A DNA stretch of 64,000 bases. Source: Parcubacteria group bacterium (lineage in GTDB: Bacteria > Patescibacteriota > Patescibacteriia > UBA1558 > GWA2-36-10). The notes below the pieces were generated by a model. The model had not been told where the DNA came from, made no database searches, and worked only from the letters and a program-made list of their open reading frames with translations. Shown piece by piece: positions 46,730-56,018 of this stretch. The stretch's first letter is position 1. Each line of letters opens with the position of its first letter. A program made the translations under genes and the position numbers. The stretch is from contig PQAE01000004.1 in the NCBI GenBank assembly GCA_003104935.1, positions 6,835 to 70,834 of the forward strand. Reading direction: 5' to 3'.

Positions 46730-47788
46730 ATGTCAAAAGCAAGCCGATTTTTATTAGAAATATTTCCCCTCTTAATCGTGGGGATATTTTTTGTTTGTTT
46801 CCAAATTTACGCGCTTAATAATCAAGTTAATCCTACTATTAGGGTCAGAGTTTGTGGAAACTTTATCGCCGAAGCTGGCGAGGAATGCGATACAAACGAT
46901 TTTGCGGGAAAAACTTGCGCTACTTATGGTCACAATACCGGAGTTTTGACCTGCAATCCGGATTGTACGGTCAATGCTACGGCGTGTTCTACCACTGTCG
47001 TGCCTCCGTCTCCGGGTGGAGGCGGTGGCGGTGGCGGTGGCGGAGCGCCGGCGCCGACGGTGACTAGAATAAATTTTTTGGGCCGAGCCTATCCTTTGAG
47101 TAAAGTGGTTTTGTTAAAAGATGGACAGTTAGCGATCGAAACTATCTCCGGGCCGGATGCTGTTTTTTCCTTGTCTCTGACCGGTTTATCCGCCGGTAAT
47201 TACAATTTTGCGGTCTATAGTGAAGATGCTGATCACCGCCGCTCCGCTTTATTTACTTTTCCGGTCTATATCACCAGCGGAGCAGCCACGACCGTTAGTG
47301 GAATATTTTTATCACCCACCATCGCTATCGATAAGATCGAGGTTAAGTATGGAGATGATCTGACCATTTTTGGGCAAAGTCTGCCAACGGCGACAGTGAC
47401 GATCAATGTGAACTCTAACCCCTCAATCTTAAAACAAACCCAGACCGATGCTAACGGAGTTTACCTTTATAAATTTGATACCACGCAGGTAGAGAAAGGC
47501 GACCACTCAGTCCGTTCCAAAACCGTAGCCGCCGCCGACATTAGCCCCTATGGTTTGAGTCTGGCCTTTAAAGTCGGAGAAAAAAATACCTTGAGTAATG
47601 GTGAGATCAACCCACCGGCGTCCGGCCGGGGAGATGTCAATAATGATGAGAGAATCAATCTGGTAGATTTTTCCATAGTCGCTTATTGGTATAAGAGAAC
47701 TAAGCCGCCGGCGGCGGCGGATCTAAATAGTGACGGCAAAGTCGATTTGATAGATTTTAGTATTCTTGCTTATTATTGGACAGGGTAG
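46730..47788 (+). CDS. secreted Cys-rich protein with poly-Gly linker and C-terminal tandem dockerin (type I) Ca-binding repeats
   Basis: Signal/TM LLEIFPLLIVGIFFVCF. Cys-rich block (CGNFIAEAGEECDTNDFAGKTCATYGHNTGVLTCNPDC) and G10. The two C-terminal segments DVNNDERINLVDFSIVAYWY and DLNSDGKVDLIDFSILAYYW fit the dockerin D-x-N-x-D-G-x-(I/V)-(N/D)-x-x-D-(F/L) pattern. Confidence 0.7.
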   Translation: MSKASRFLLEIFPLLIVGIFFVCFQIYALNNQVNPTIRVRVCGNFIAEAGEECDTNDFAGKTCATYGHNTGVLTCNPDCTVNATACSTTVVPPSPGGGGGGGGGGAPAPTVTRINFLGRAYPLSKVVLLKDGQLAIETISGPDAVFSLSLTGLSAGNYNFAVYSEDADHRRSALFTFPVYITSGAATTVSGIFLSPTIAIDKIEVKYGDDLTIFGQSLPTATVTINVNSNPSILKQTQTDANGVYLYKFDTTQVEKGDHSVRSKTVAAADISPYGLSLAFKVGEKNTLSNGEINPPASGRGDVNNDERINLVDFSIVAYWYKRTKPPAAADLNSDGKVDLIDFSILAYYWTG

Positions 47789-47936
47789 TGAAAAGCGACA
47801 TCCATTACTTTTTAATAAACATGAATAAAAAAATATTTTCATAAGTCAGGGCAGAAAATTTTAGTCGCTTTCTACTACCCCGGGACCCAGTTATAAGTCG
47901 TTCCAGGATAAGTCAAAAAGATAAATTATTAATCTT

Positions 47937-48209
47937 ATGGTCAAATTTTATTACGTTTATGTGTTGCAGAGCAAAGTCACAGGTGATCTATATAAGGGAT
48001 TGACCACGCATTTAAATCAACGTTTACAACAACATAATAAGGGATTCAATTTTTCTACAAAAGGAAAAAGGCCGTGGATGATAATTCATTATGAGGCATA
48101 TCGTGACGAAAAAGATGCGAGACGGCGAGAAAAGTATTTGAAAACGAGCCAGGGAAGTCGCACGCTAAAACGTATGTTAAAAGAGTATTTTTATGCGCAA
48201 AAAAGATAA
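47937..48209 (+). CDS. GIY-YIG nuclease family small protein (YhbQ/UPF0213-like)
   Basis: FYYVYVLQSKVTGDLYKGLTTHLNQRLQQHN is a GIY-YIG-type motif. 90 aa. Confidence 0.6.
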   Translation: MVKFYYVYVLQSKVTGDLYKGLTTHLNQRLQQHNKGFNFSTKGKRPWMIIHYEAYRDEKDARRREKYLKTSQGSRTLKRMLKEYFYAQKR

Positions 48210-48260
48210 TTTTGGCTGTTTGCTACTATCCAGTAGGTTGATGAAGGGTTTGATACAAAA

Positions 48261-49145
48261 ATGAAACTGAAAATACAACTAATTTTATTTTGCTCCCTGG
48301 GTTTTTTTTGGCTAACCAGCTCGCCGGTTATGGCCGCCCAATTTTCCTTTCAGGCTCCGGCCACTGAAGTGGGTCTGGATAAAATCTGGACCGCCGAGTT
48401 ACGGGTAGATACGCAGGAGCAATATATCAATGCCCTGCAGGGAAAGATCTCATATCCGACGGATAAATTAGCAGTGACCGACATCAAAGATAACGGGTCA
48501 ATTATTAATTTTTGGGTGGAACGTCCGCGCGCTCAGGCCGGAGAAATATCGTTTTCCGGTATTATCCCCGGAGGCTATCTGGGCCAGGGACCGCTGTTTA
48601 CTGTTTATTTCAAAACCAGAACGCGCGGTCTGGCTACGCTTATCCAAAAAGAGGGGCAAGCCCTGCTTAATGACGGCCAGGGCACGGCTACGCCAGTAGA
48701 GTTGGCCAGTTATAATCTGAATATTTCCGTCCAAGCCCCGGAACAAAATGTTATTGCCGTAGAGACCAGGGACACTGAAGCGCCGGAGAAATTTGACCCG
48801 CTGATTACCCGGAGTCAGGATCTGGCCGGAAATAAATACGTGCTGATTTTTTATGCCCAAGATAAAGGATCGGGCATTGACCACTACGAGATCAAAGAAG
48901 GTTTGTGGGGATTTAAGCGGGCCACTAGCCCTTATGTCTTAGCGCGTCAGAAATTGGATCACACTATTTTAGTCAAAGCCGTAGATCGTTACGGTAATTT
49001 TACAATAGCCAAGGTCAGTCCGGTGGAGCCGGCGGTGTGGTATGAAAAATTACCTATTTTTGCTATAATATATATAATTGTCGGAGTCATTATCCTGCTC
49101 ATGATCAGAGTTTTATGGCGCAAAATAAAAACAAAACGCAAATAA
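48261..49145 (+). CDS. membrane-anchored surface protein with N-terminal cohesin-like domain, Ig-like second domain and C-terminal TM
   Basis: Signal peptide ...SSPVMA-AQF. Residues ~25-165 show a cohesin-type pattern (GKISYPTDKLAVTDIKDNGSIINFWV...GEISFSGIIPGG...LFTVYFKTRTRGLATL...ALLNDGQGT) homologous to the next gene. C-terminal TM LPIFAIIYIIVGVIILLMI plus RKIKTKRK. Confidence 0.5.
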   Translation: MKLKIQLILFCSLGFFWLTSSPVMAAQFSFQAPATEVGLDKIWTAELRVDTQEQYINALQGKISYPTDKLAVTDIKDNGSIINFWVERPRAQAGEISFSGIIPGGYLGQGPLFTVYFKTRTRGLATLIQKEGQALLNDGQGTATPVELASYNLNISVQAPEQNVIAVETRDTEAPEKFDPLITRSQDLAGNKYVLIFYAQDKGSGIDHYEIKEGLWGFKRATSPYVLARQKLDHTILVKAVDRYGNFTIAKVSPVEPAVWYEKLPIFAIIYIIVGVIILLMIRVLWRKIKTKRK

Positions 49146-50872
49146 AAAATAGAGCCCTTATTTTCGGTGTTTTTTTCGCGATACTACTTGTTTTTTGGAT
49201 TGTCCCCCGGGTGCAGGCGGCGACGATCTATCCTTCACCTACTTCCGGATCTTATGATGTCGGCAAAACTTTTAATGTTGGTGTCTATTTGTCCAGTGCG
49301 GATCAGGCGGCCAATGCGGTTTCTGGTACTCTGAGTTTTCCGTCGGATAAATTAGAAGTCACCGGAGTTTCCAAGAGCGGCTCGATCATAAATCTATGGG
49401 TGCAGGATCCGAGTTATAGCGCCGGCACAGTCAGTTTTGAGGGCATTGTCCTTAACCCCGGGTTTAAGGGTTCGGGCGGTAAAATTATTTCCGTCAGTTT
49501 TAAAACTAAATCGCCGGGCACGGCGAATCTGACTTTTACTTCCGGTTCAGTATTGGCTAATGACGGCCAGGGAACAAATATTTTAAGCGGTTTTGGTAGC
49601 GCCAGTTTTGGTGTCGAGGTGCCAACTATCGGCCCGGCAGCTCCAGAGGCGGAGACTCCGGCGGTGGCATCGGGCGTCTTGCTCGCACCGCCGATCACTT
49701 CGGAGACCCACCCCAATCCGGACTCCTGGTACAATAACAATAAAGCGATTTTTAGCTGGCAATTGCCGGCGGGCACTACGGCGACCCAGCTACTCGTGGG
49801 CGAAAAACCTCAGGTTACTCCCACAGTTACTTATAGTCCGGCCATTGCCACTCGGGCTTTGGACGCTCTAGATGACGGCGTCTGGTATCTGCATGTGCGC
49901 CTCAAAAACGCCAACGGCTGGGGCGGTATTACCCATTTCCGTTTTCAAATTGACACAAAAAATCCGGATTTTTTTAACATGAAAGTTTTGGAAGAGGCGG
50001 ACAAGACTATCCCCACCCGAACTTTATCTTTTGAGGCCGCTGACGAGATGTCCGGCATCAGCCATTATGAGATCCAGATTGACGACGGAGAATCTCAAAA
50101 ATGGATTGATGATGGTAGCCACAAATATACTACGCCGGCGCTGGGTCCCGGGCGACATGTGCTGATAGCCCGAGCAGTGGATAAGGCCGGCAATTATCTC
50201 AGTAGTTTTAATGAATTTTTTATTGATGCGCTACAGCCGCCGCAAATTACCGATTATTCCAAAGAACTGACCGCCGGCAGCATGTTTGTAGCCAAGGGCA
50301 CGGCTTATCCTAACTCTCAGGTAGTGGTCTGGCTACAAAAAGATAAAGCAGACGCCCAGAGCGCTACGGTCAGTTCTGACAAAGAGGGAAAATTTACTTT
50401 TATCGCCGACCAAAAATTAGCTGACGGCTTATATCAGCTCTGGGCTGAAGTGATCGATCAGCGGGGGGCTAAGAGCAGTCCCTCGGAAAAACTAACGGTC
50501 ATGGTCCAGCCGCCAAAAATCGTTCGGGTCGGTTCCTGGGTAGTCAGTATTCTCTCGGTGATTATTCCCCTGATCGCTCTGGTATTCCTATTGGTATTTA
50601 TGCTAATCTTCAGTTATCGCAAGTGGAGTATCATGCGCGGCCGGGTACGGCGCGAGGTCGGCGAGGCCGAGTCGGTCTTGCACAAAGAGTTCAACAACCT
50701 ACGCAAGAGAATCCGGGCTCATCTGAAGATTTTGGAGCAGGTCAGCAAGAAGAAGAAATTAACCAAGGAAGAACAGTTGACCATGGAAGAATTACGCCAG
50801 GAATTAGCGTCGGCCGAGCATAATGTCGAGAAGGAGATCGAAGATATCCGTAGAGAAGTTAATAAAAAATAA
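49115..50872 (+). CDS. membrane-anchored surface protein with N-terminal cohesin-like domain, additional beta domains, C-terminal TM and charged coiled-coil cytoplasmic tail
   Basis: Signal peptide ...VPRVQA-ATIY. Cohesin-like block SGTLSFPSDKLEVTGVSKSGSIINLWV...GTVSFEGIVLNPG...IISVSFKTKSPGTANLTF...VLANDGQGT. Shared second domain (SGISHYEIQIDDG...ARAVDKAGNY vs SGIDHYEIKEG...KAVDRYGNF). TM WVVSILSVIIPLIALVFLLVFMLIF, then an E/K/R-rich tail. Confidence 0.5.
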   Translation: MAQNKNKTQIKNRALIFGVFFAILLVFWIVPRVQAATIYPSPTSGSYDVGKTFNVGVYLSSADQAANAVSGTLSFPSDKLEVTGVSKSGSIINLWVQDPSYSAGTVSFEGIVLNPGFKGSGGKIISVSFKTKSPGTANLTFTSGSVLANDGQGTNILSGFGSASFGVEVPTIGPAAPEAETPAVASGVLLAPPITSETHPNPDSWYNNNKAIFSWQLPAGTTATQLLVGEKPQVTPTVTYSPAIATRALDALDDGVWYLHVRLKNANGWGGITHFRFQIDTKNPDFFNMKVLEEADKTIPTRTLSFEAADEMSGISHYEIQIDDGESQKWIDDGSHKYTTPALGPGRHVLIARAVDKAGNYLSSFNEFFIDALQPPQITDYSKELTAGSMFVAKGTAYPNSQVVVWLQKDKADAQSATVSSDKEGKFTFIADQKLADGLYQLWAEVIDQRGAKSSPSEKLTVMVQPPKIVRVGSWVVSILSVIIPLIALVFLLVFMLIFSYRKWSIMRGRVRREVGEAESVLHKEFNNLRKRIRAHLKILEQVSKKKKLTKEEQLTMEELRQELASAEHNVEKEIEDIRREVNKK

Positions 50873-50883
50873 TCATAAATTTT

Positions 50884-51810
50884 ATGCCCACTCAAAACAA
50901 CGCCGCCAAGTTTGCTTTTTTCTACATGCTATCGCTGATCGCCCTGGTCTTTGTGGCCGTGGCCAGCGGTACGATTTTATTTCAGATCATCAATAAGCTG
51001 GTCCCGGATATCGCCAATATCTATAGTAGTATGTATTTGGATGAGGCTATGCGTTTTGGGATCTCCGCGCTGATTATCGCCAGTCCCATATTCTATATTA
51101 CCGCCCGGCAGATCTACAAAAGTTTGTACAACGGTTCCCTGTCGTCGGATTCCGGCGTACGCAAATGGCTGACTTATCTAATACTCTTAGTTTCTATCAT
51201 CGTGATGATCGCCTGGCTGATCGCTATTTTAAACGGATTCCTGAGCGGCGAATTGACCGCCAAGTTTGTCCTAAAGGCTTTGACGGCGATTATTATCTCC
51301 GGCATTGTTTTTTCTTTTTATTTTTACGACATCCGGCGAGATGATATTTTAAACAAAGTTGATAAAGTAATTAAAATTTATTTTTTTGCTTCTCTGGCGG
51401 TAATCGTCGTTATCCTGATAGCGGCTTTTATGAATGTCGAATCTCCCGCCGTGGCTCGGGAAAAGAAAATCGATCAGCAGGTAATCAATAATTTTTACAC
51501 CATTCAAAATGACGTCGACGATTATTATAATACCTATAAAAAAATGCCGGCTAGCCTAAGCGATTTGACTAAGGAGTATAATAATCTGACGCCCGAGGTT
51601 TTAAATAATCCGTCGGATAACACCCCCATTGAGTATAAGGTCAATGGAGATAGGGGCTTTGAGCTCTGCACCACTTTTAAATCCGCCAATAAAGGTAAAG
51701 GGCAGCTCTATCAGGATACTAACTGGCTCCACGATGCCGGTTATCAATGCTTGCGACAAAATGTGAGCGATTACCCTAAAGGTATCGTGCCGGCTCCGAT
51801 GATTCCCTAA
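50884..51810 (+). CDS. hypothetical membrane protein (DUF5671-like N-terminal 4-TM domain, extracytoplasmic C-terminal domain)
   Basis: 308 aa. Four hydrophobic helices in the first 180 aa. The C-terminal domain carries Cys residues. Confidence 0.4.
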   Translation: MPTQNNAAKFAFFYMLSLIALVFVAVASGTILFQIINKLVPDIANIYSSMYLDEAMRFGISALIIASPIFYITARQIYKSLYNGSLSSDSGVRKWLTYLILLVSIIVMIAWLIAILNGFLSGELTAKFVLKALTAIIISGIVFSFYFYDIRRDDILNKVDKVIKIYFFASLAVIVVILIAAFMNVESPAVAREKKIDQQVINNFYTIQNDVDDYYNTYKKMPASLSDLTKEYNNLTPEVLNNPSDNTPIEYKVNGDRGFELCTTFKSANKGKGQLYQDTNWLHDAGYQCLRQNVSDYPKGIVPAPMIP

Positions 51811-52283
51811 TGCCCAAGCAGATTTATCGCGCTTATTATCATAGCCCGTTGGGCTGGCTGGAGTTGGTAGCCACAAGCCAAGGCCTCATAGCCATTAATT
51901 ACAAAAATAAAAAAGGGAGCGTTGTTGCGACGCACCCTTTTTTAACCCGGGCGCAAAAGCAACTGGCCGAATATTTTCAGGGCCACCGCTTTGTTTTTGA
52001 CCTGCTGGTTTATCTGTCCGGTACGCCCTGGCAAAATAAGGTTTATCTAAATCTGGCGCGCGTTCCTTACGGTCGGGTGATTAGCTATCAAGATCTGGCT
52101 ATTTTAGCTGGTGTCGGTAAAGCGGCTCGCGCGGTTGGCCAGGCGGTCAATAAAAATAAATTACCCATTATTATTCCTTGCCATCGGGTCATCGGTAGCG
52201 ACGGTAAATTAATAGGTTATGCCGGCGGATTGGCGAAAAAAATTTGGCTTTTAAGGCACGAAGCTGGTGTTTTGACTAAATAG
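51810..52283 (+). CDS. ogt: methylated-DNA--protein-cysteine methyltransferase
   Basis: Active-site IPCHRVIGSDGKLIGYAGG (PCHRV motif), 157 aa. Confidence 0.9.
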   Translation: MPKQIYRAYYHSPLGWLELVATSQGLIAINYKNKKGSVVATHPFLTRAQKQLAEYFQGHRFVFDLLVYLSGTPWQNKVYLNLARVPYGRVISYQDLAILAGVGKAARAVGQAVNKNKLPIIIPCHRVIGSDGKLIGYAGGLAKKIWLLRHEAGVLTK

Positions 52284-52300
52284 GTCAGATAAATTAAGAT

Positions 52301-52377
52301 AGGAGCATGAATCCCGTTAATAATTAGCTTTAGCGGGCAGGGAGAAAATAATCAGAGACTAGTAATTTTAACGGGAT
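52301..52377 (+). promoter_or_regulatory. structured leader with SD-preceded mini-uORF (MNPVNN*) and ~14-bp inverted repeat ATCCCGTTAATAATT / AATTTTAACGGGAT sequestering the dnaG start
   Basis: AGGAG at 52301-52305. uORF ATGAATCCCGTTAATAATTAG runs 52307-52327. The 3' arm overlaps the dnaG ATG at 52376. Same core motif as the uvrD leader. Confidence 0.55.
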
Positions 52378-54172
52378 GAATCCGGTGGAGGAAGTAAAAA
52401 ATCGTCTAGATATAGTAGAGATCATCTCTGGCTATATTAGTTTATCGCAGGCCGGGGCTAATTGGCGGGCGCGCTGTCCTTTTCACAATGAAAAGACGCC
52501 TAGTTTTATGGTCTCCAAAGAAAAACAAATTTGGCATTGCTTTGGCTGTGACAAAGGCGGCGACATCATCACTTTTGTGCAGGAGTACGAGGGTATTACC
52601 TTTGGCGAAGCTCTGCGCATTCTGGCGGAAAAAGCCGGGGTGGTGCTGGAAAATCAGCGCTTTGAAAAAAAGGTAGACTACAATCCCTTTTACCAATTGA
52701 ATAAATTAGCGGCGGATTTTTATCAAGCCAAACTATCGAATAGCGACGAGGCCAGTATTAAAACCGGAAAATATTTACTCAATCGCGGTCTGACCGAAGC
52801 CAGCATAAAAAAATGGCAATTAGGATTATCCGGCTCGGCTTGGGATGAACTATATTTATACTTAAGAGATCAGGGGTTTAGTGACGAACATATTTTCCAG
52901 GCGGGATTGATTGTAAAAAAGAAAAGCGGATTAGGTTATGTGGACCGTTTCCGTCAGCGCTTGATGTTTCCCATCGCTGACGCTCAGAGCCGAGTGGTCG
53001 GTTTTACTTCGCGCACCTTGGCGCATATTATTTTTGCCGAAGATGATTTTGGCGGTAAATATATCAATAGTCCCCAGACGGCCATCTATGATAAGAGCCG
53101 CATTCTTTACGGTTGGCACTTAGCTAAAGAAAGCATCCGGCAGAAAAAGTATTTGATTATTGTGGAAGGAAATATGGATGCCATCATGGCCCATCAGGCC
53201 GGCACTAATAACACCATTGCCGTTTCCGGCACTGCCTTGACCATCGAACAGCTACGTTTGATTAAGCGTTACGCTAATAATGTCATTCTGGCTTTTGACG
53301 GAGATGCCGCCGGGTCGCGGGCCGCCTTCCGCAGTTTTGCCCTGGGCTGGCAGGAAGACATGAATCTGAAAATCCTGGTTTTGTCCGGCGGCGACGATCC
53401 GGCCGATATGGTCAAAACAGATAAGGAGCGCTGGTTACAAGCGGTCAAAGATTCGGTGCCGGTTATGGATTACTATTTCAAACGCATTGTGGCCGGCGTG
53501 GACCTGAATCGCTCAGACCATAAGAAATTGGCGGTGGGCAAACTACTGCCGATAATCAAGTTTTTGAAAAGCCGGGTAGAACAGGCGCACTATCTGCAAA
53601 ATCTATCCGATAAACTGCAGATCCCTTTAAATATTTTGCAGGGCGATCTGGAACAGGCCAAGTCCTTTATTGATAAACCGGCGGTCAATAATATAGAAAC
53701 CCCAAGGACCGAGCGGGAAAGAAAAGAAGCTTTATTGCTCTTATCGGAAAAGTTATTAGCCTTAGCTTTTTTTAAACCGCTTTATCTGGAAAAAATTATC
53801 AGTGATCTGGCGCCGGAATTTTTGGATGAGGAGCTCCAGGGCCTTTACAGGAAGGTGATTATTTATTATACTAAGCAACATAATTTGGACAATTTTGCGG
53901 ACGCCGGCGATTTATTATTGACGGAAAAAAACGACTATATCCGTCTGGTCATGCTGGGAGAGATGGAATATGGCGATTATAGCGAAAAGGACCTGCAGGG
54001 CGACTTTTTTTCTCACACTAAGCGTCTTAAATTAAGAAAGTATGAGGCCGAGCGCGATCTGCTGATTGCACAATTGCGTCAGGCCGAGCTCAGCGGTGAT
54101 CAGGATCGCCAAAATTCCGCCATGCACCAAATAAATTTACTTAATAAGGATATAAATAAATTATCTAGTTAA
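52376..54172 (+). CDS. dnaG: DNA primase
   Basis: [23 protein letters not shown]. Zinc-ribbon [11 protein letters not shown]...[15 protein letters not shown] (IVEGNMDAI...AFDGDAAG). Confidence 0.93.
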   Translation: MNPVEEVKNRLDIVEIISGYISLSQAGANWRARCPFHNEKTPSFMVSKEKQIWHCFGCDKGGDIITFVQEYEGITFGEALRILAEKAGVVLENQRFEKKVDYNPFYQLNKLAADFYQAKLSNSDEASIKTGKYLLNRGLTEASIKKWQLGLSGSAWDELYLYLRDQGFSDEHIFQAGLIVKKKSGLGYVDRFRQRLMFPIADAQSRVVGFTSRTLAHIIFAEDDFGGKYINSPQTAIYDKSRILYGWHLAKESIRQKKYLIIVEGNMDAIMAHQAGTNNTIAVSGTALTIEQLRLIKRYANNVILAFDGDAAGSRAAFRSFALGWQEDMNLKILVLSGGDDPADMVKTDKERWLQAVKDSVPVMDYYFKRIVAGVDLNRSDHKKLAVGKLLPIIKFLKSRVEQAHYLQNLSDKLQIPLNILQGDLEQAKSFIDKPAVNNIETPRTERERKEALLLLSEKLLALAFFKPLYLEKIISDLAPEFLDEELQGLYRKVIIYYTKQHNLDNFADAGDLLLTEKNDYIRLVMLGEMEYGDYSEKDLQGDFFSHTKRLKLRKYEAERDLLIAQLRQAELSGDQDRQNSAMHQINLLNKDINKLSS

Positions 54173-54173
54173 T

Positions 54174-55436
54174 ATGGTGGCCAAAAAAATAAAAAAAGGC
54201 GCTAAAAAAACCATCCGTCATTTCAAACCCAAGAAAAAAAAGAATCTGGCGGTAAAAAAAGCGTCGCCTAAAAAGTCGGCTCGTCCCCGCAAGACCAAAG
54301 TTGTCAAAAAACATAAGGCCCGGGTTATAAAAGCTAAAGCTCCCAAAGGCAAACTGGAAAAGAGCTATGTGGACCTATTGATTAAGAAAGCCCGGTCGCG
54401 CGGTTTTGTGACGGAAAACGAAGTATTACGGGTTTTTACCGACTTGGAAGATTACCAGGAAGATTTTGAAGATTTTTTAGACATGCTGGATTACATGGCT
54501 ATCCAGGTAGTAGCCAATGATATCGGACTGATTAACACTAGCGGCAAACCCTCGGACACTTTGCAAAAGATGGGCCTCAAAGGCGATGATAAGCGGGGCG
54601 ACCTGACGGACATCGCTGCCGATTCTATCCAGATGTATTTGCGGGAAATCGGCAAAGTGCCTCTGCTCAAGCAGGAAGAGGAGATGATGTACGCCAAGCG
54701 CAAAGAAAAAGGAGAGATTGAAGCTAAGAAAAAATTAATTGAATCTAATTTGCGTCTGGTCGTTTCTATCGCCAAAAAATTCACCGGCCGTTCGCTGACC
54801 TTGTTAGATTTGATTCAGGAAGGTAACATCGGATTATTTCGCGCTGTCGAAAAATTTGATTACCGCAAGGGCTATAAATTTTCCACCTACGCTACCTGGT
54901 GGATCCGTCAGGCTATCACCCGTGCTTTAGCTGATCAGTCCCGAACTATCCGTATTCCCGTACACATGGTGGAGACGATTAATCGCTTTAACCAAATTGA
55001 GCGCCGCTTGGTGCAGGAGCTGGGTCGCGATCCCTTGCCTGAAGAAATCGCCGCGGAAATGGGTGAGGACATCGACAAGATCAGACAGATTATAAAAATT
55101 TCCCAGGAAACTGTTTCTCTGGAGGCCTCGGTGGGCGATGACGATGAGGACAGTACTTTGGGCGACTTTATTGAAGATGAAAAAAATATCGGTCCGGACC
55201 GGGTGGCCGCCCTAAAATTGCTCGGCGATCATGTCAAAAAAGTAATCGGCGACCTGACTCCCCGGGAGCAGAAAATACTGGAAATGCGTTTTGGACTGAT
55301 GGACGGTGTAGCCCATACTCTGGAGGAGGTTGGCCAGGAGTTCGGCGTGACCCGCGAGCGCATCCGTCAGATCGAGGCCAAAGCTTTGGAGCGCATCAAA
55401 AAGCACGAAGATATGCGCAAACTCCGGGACTACTAA
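54174..55436 (+). CDS. rpoD: RNA polymerase sigma-70 factor RpoD with lysine-rich N-terminal extension
   Basis: Regions 1.2-4 are conserved ([78 protein letters not shown]). The first ~60 aa are K/A/P-rich. Confidence 0.93.
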   Translation: MVAKKIKKGAKKTIRHFKPKKKKNLAVKKASPKKSARPRKTKVVKKHKARVIKAKAPKGKLEKSYVDLLIKKARSRGFVTENEVLRVFTDLEDYQEDFEDFLDMLDYMAIQVVANDIGLINTSGKPSDTLQKMGLKGDDKRGDLTDIAADSIQMYLREIGKVPLLKQEEEMMYAKRKEKGEIEAKKKLIESNLRLVVSIAKKFTGRSLTLLDLIQEGNIGLFRAVEKFDYRKGYKFSTYATWWIRQAITRALADQSRTIRIPVHMVETINRFNQIERRLVQELGRDPLPEEIAAEMGEDIDKIRQIIKISQETVSLEASVGDDDEDSTLGDFIEDEKNIGPDRVAALKLLGDHVKKVIGDLTPREQKILEMRFGLMDGVAHTLEEVGQEFGVTRERIRQIEAKALERIKKHEDMRKLRDY

Positions 55437-55448
55437 AAAATACCTTGG

Positions 55449-55485
55449 CTGAGCCCGTTTTTCCAGCGGGTCTCAGCTTTTTTTT
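55449..55485 (+). terminator. rho-independent terminator after rpoD
   Basis: GCTGAGCCCG-tttttccag-CGGGTCTCAGC followed by TTTTTTTT. Confidence 0.65.
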
Positions 55486-55544
55486 AGCCTATTTGTATGC
55501 TATGATATAGGATATAAATAGATTGTTTTAGCAGATTAATATAT

Positions 55545-56003
55545 ATGTTTTTAACCACTCATGCGGCCGCGGCACTCTATGTCGGCACCCAGGTTCACGA
55601 TCCTTTGCTGGCTCTAGCTATCGGCTTTGCCTCGCACTTTGTCATGGATGCCGTTCCGCACGGTGATGAGACGCTGGGCAGTCACCATATCACAACGCGC
55701 GGAAAATATTTTTACCTGGCCAAAGTGGCTTTTGTAGATTTATTTTTAGCCGGCAGTCTAGTGTTTTTTTATATGCATCGCCGGCCGGAAGTAGATCGTC
55801 TGGTAGTGGCGGCCGCGGCCTTTGGGTCCTGGCTGCCGGATTTTCTCTGGCTGGCCAACCGCTTGCTGAAGATCAAGATCCTGACTTTTTATACCCGGAT
55901 GCACGACCGGATTCATGAGCTGATTAATTGGCAATTCTCTCCGGTCTATGGCGTGCCCTTTCAGATTATCATTACCATCCTGTTTATGAAGATGTTGTTT
56001 TAG
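55545..56003 (+). CDS. small His-rich polytopic membrane protein (possibly YdjM/DUF457-like membrane-bound hydrolase fold)
   Basis: 152 aa, 4 hydrophobic helices. Conserved His/Asp (HFVMDAVPHGDE). Confidence 0.35.
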   Translation: MFLTTHAAAALYVGTQVHDPLLALAIGFASHFVMDAVPHGDETLGSHHITTRGKYFYLAKVAFVDLFLAGSLVFFYMHRRPEVDRLVVAAAAFGSWLPDFLWLANRLLKIKILTFYTRMHDRIHELINWQFSPVYGVPFQIIITILFMKMLF

Positions 56004-56018
56004 TAATATTTTTGCGCG

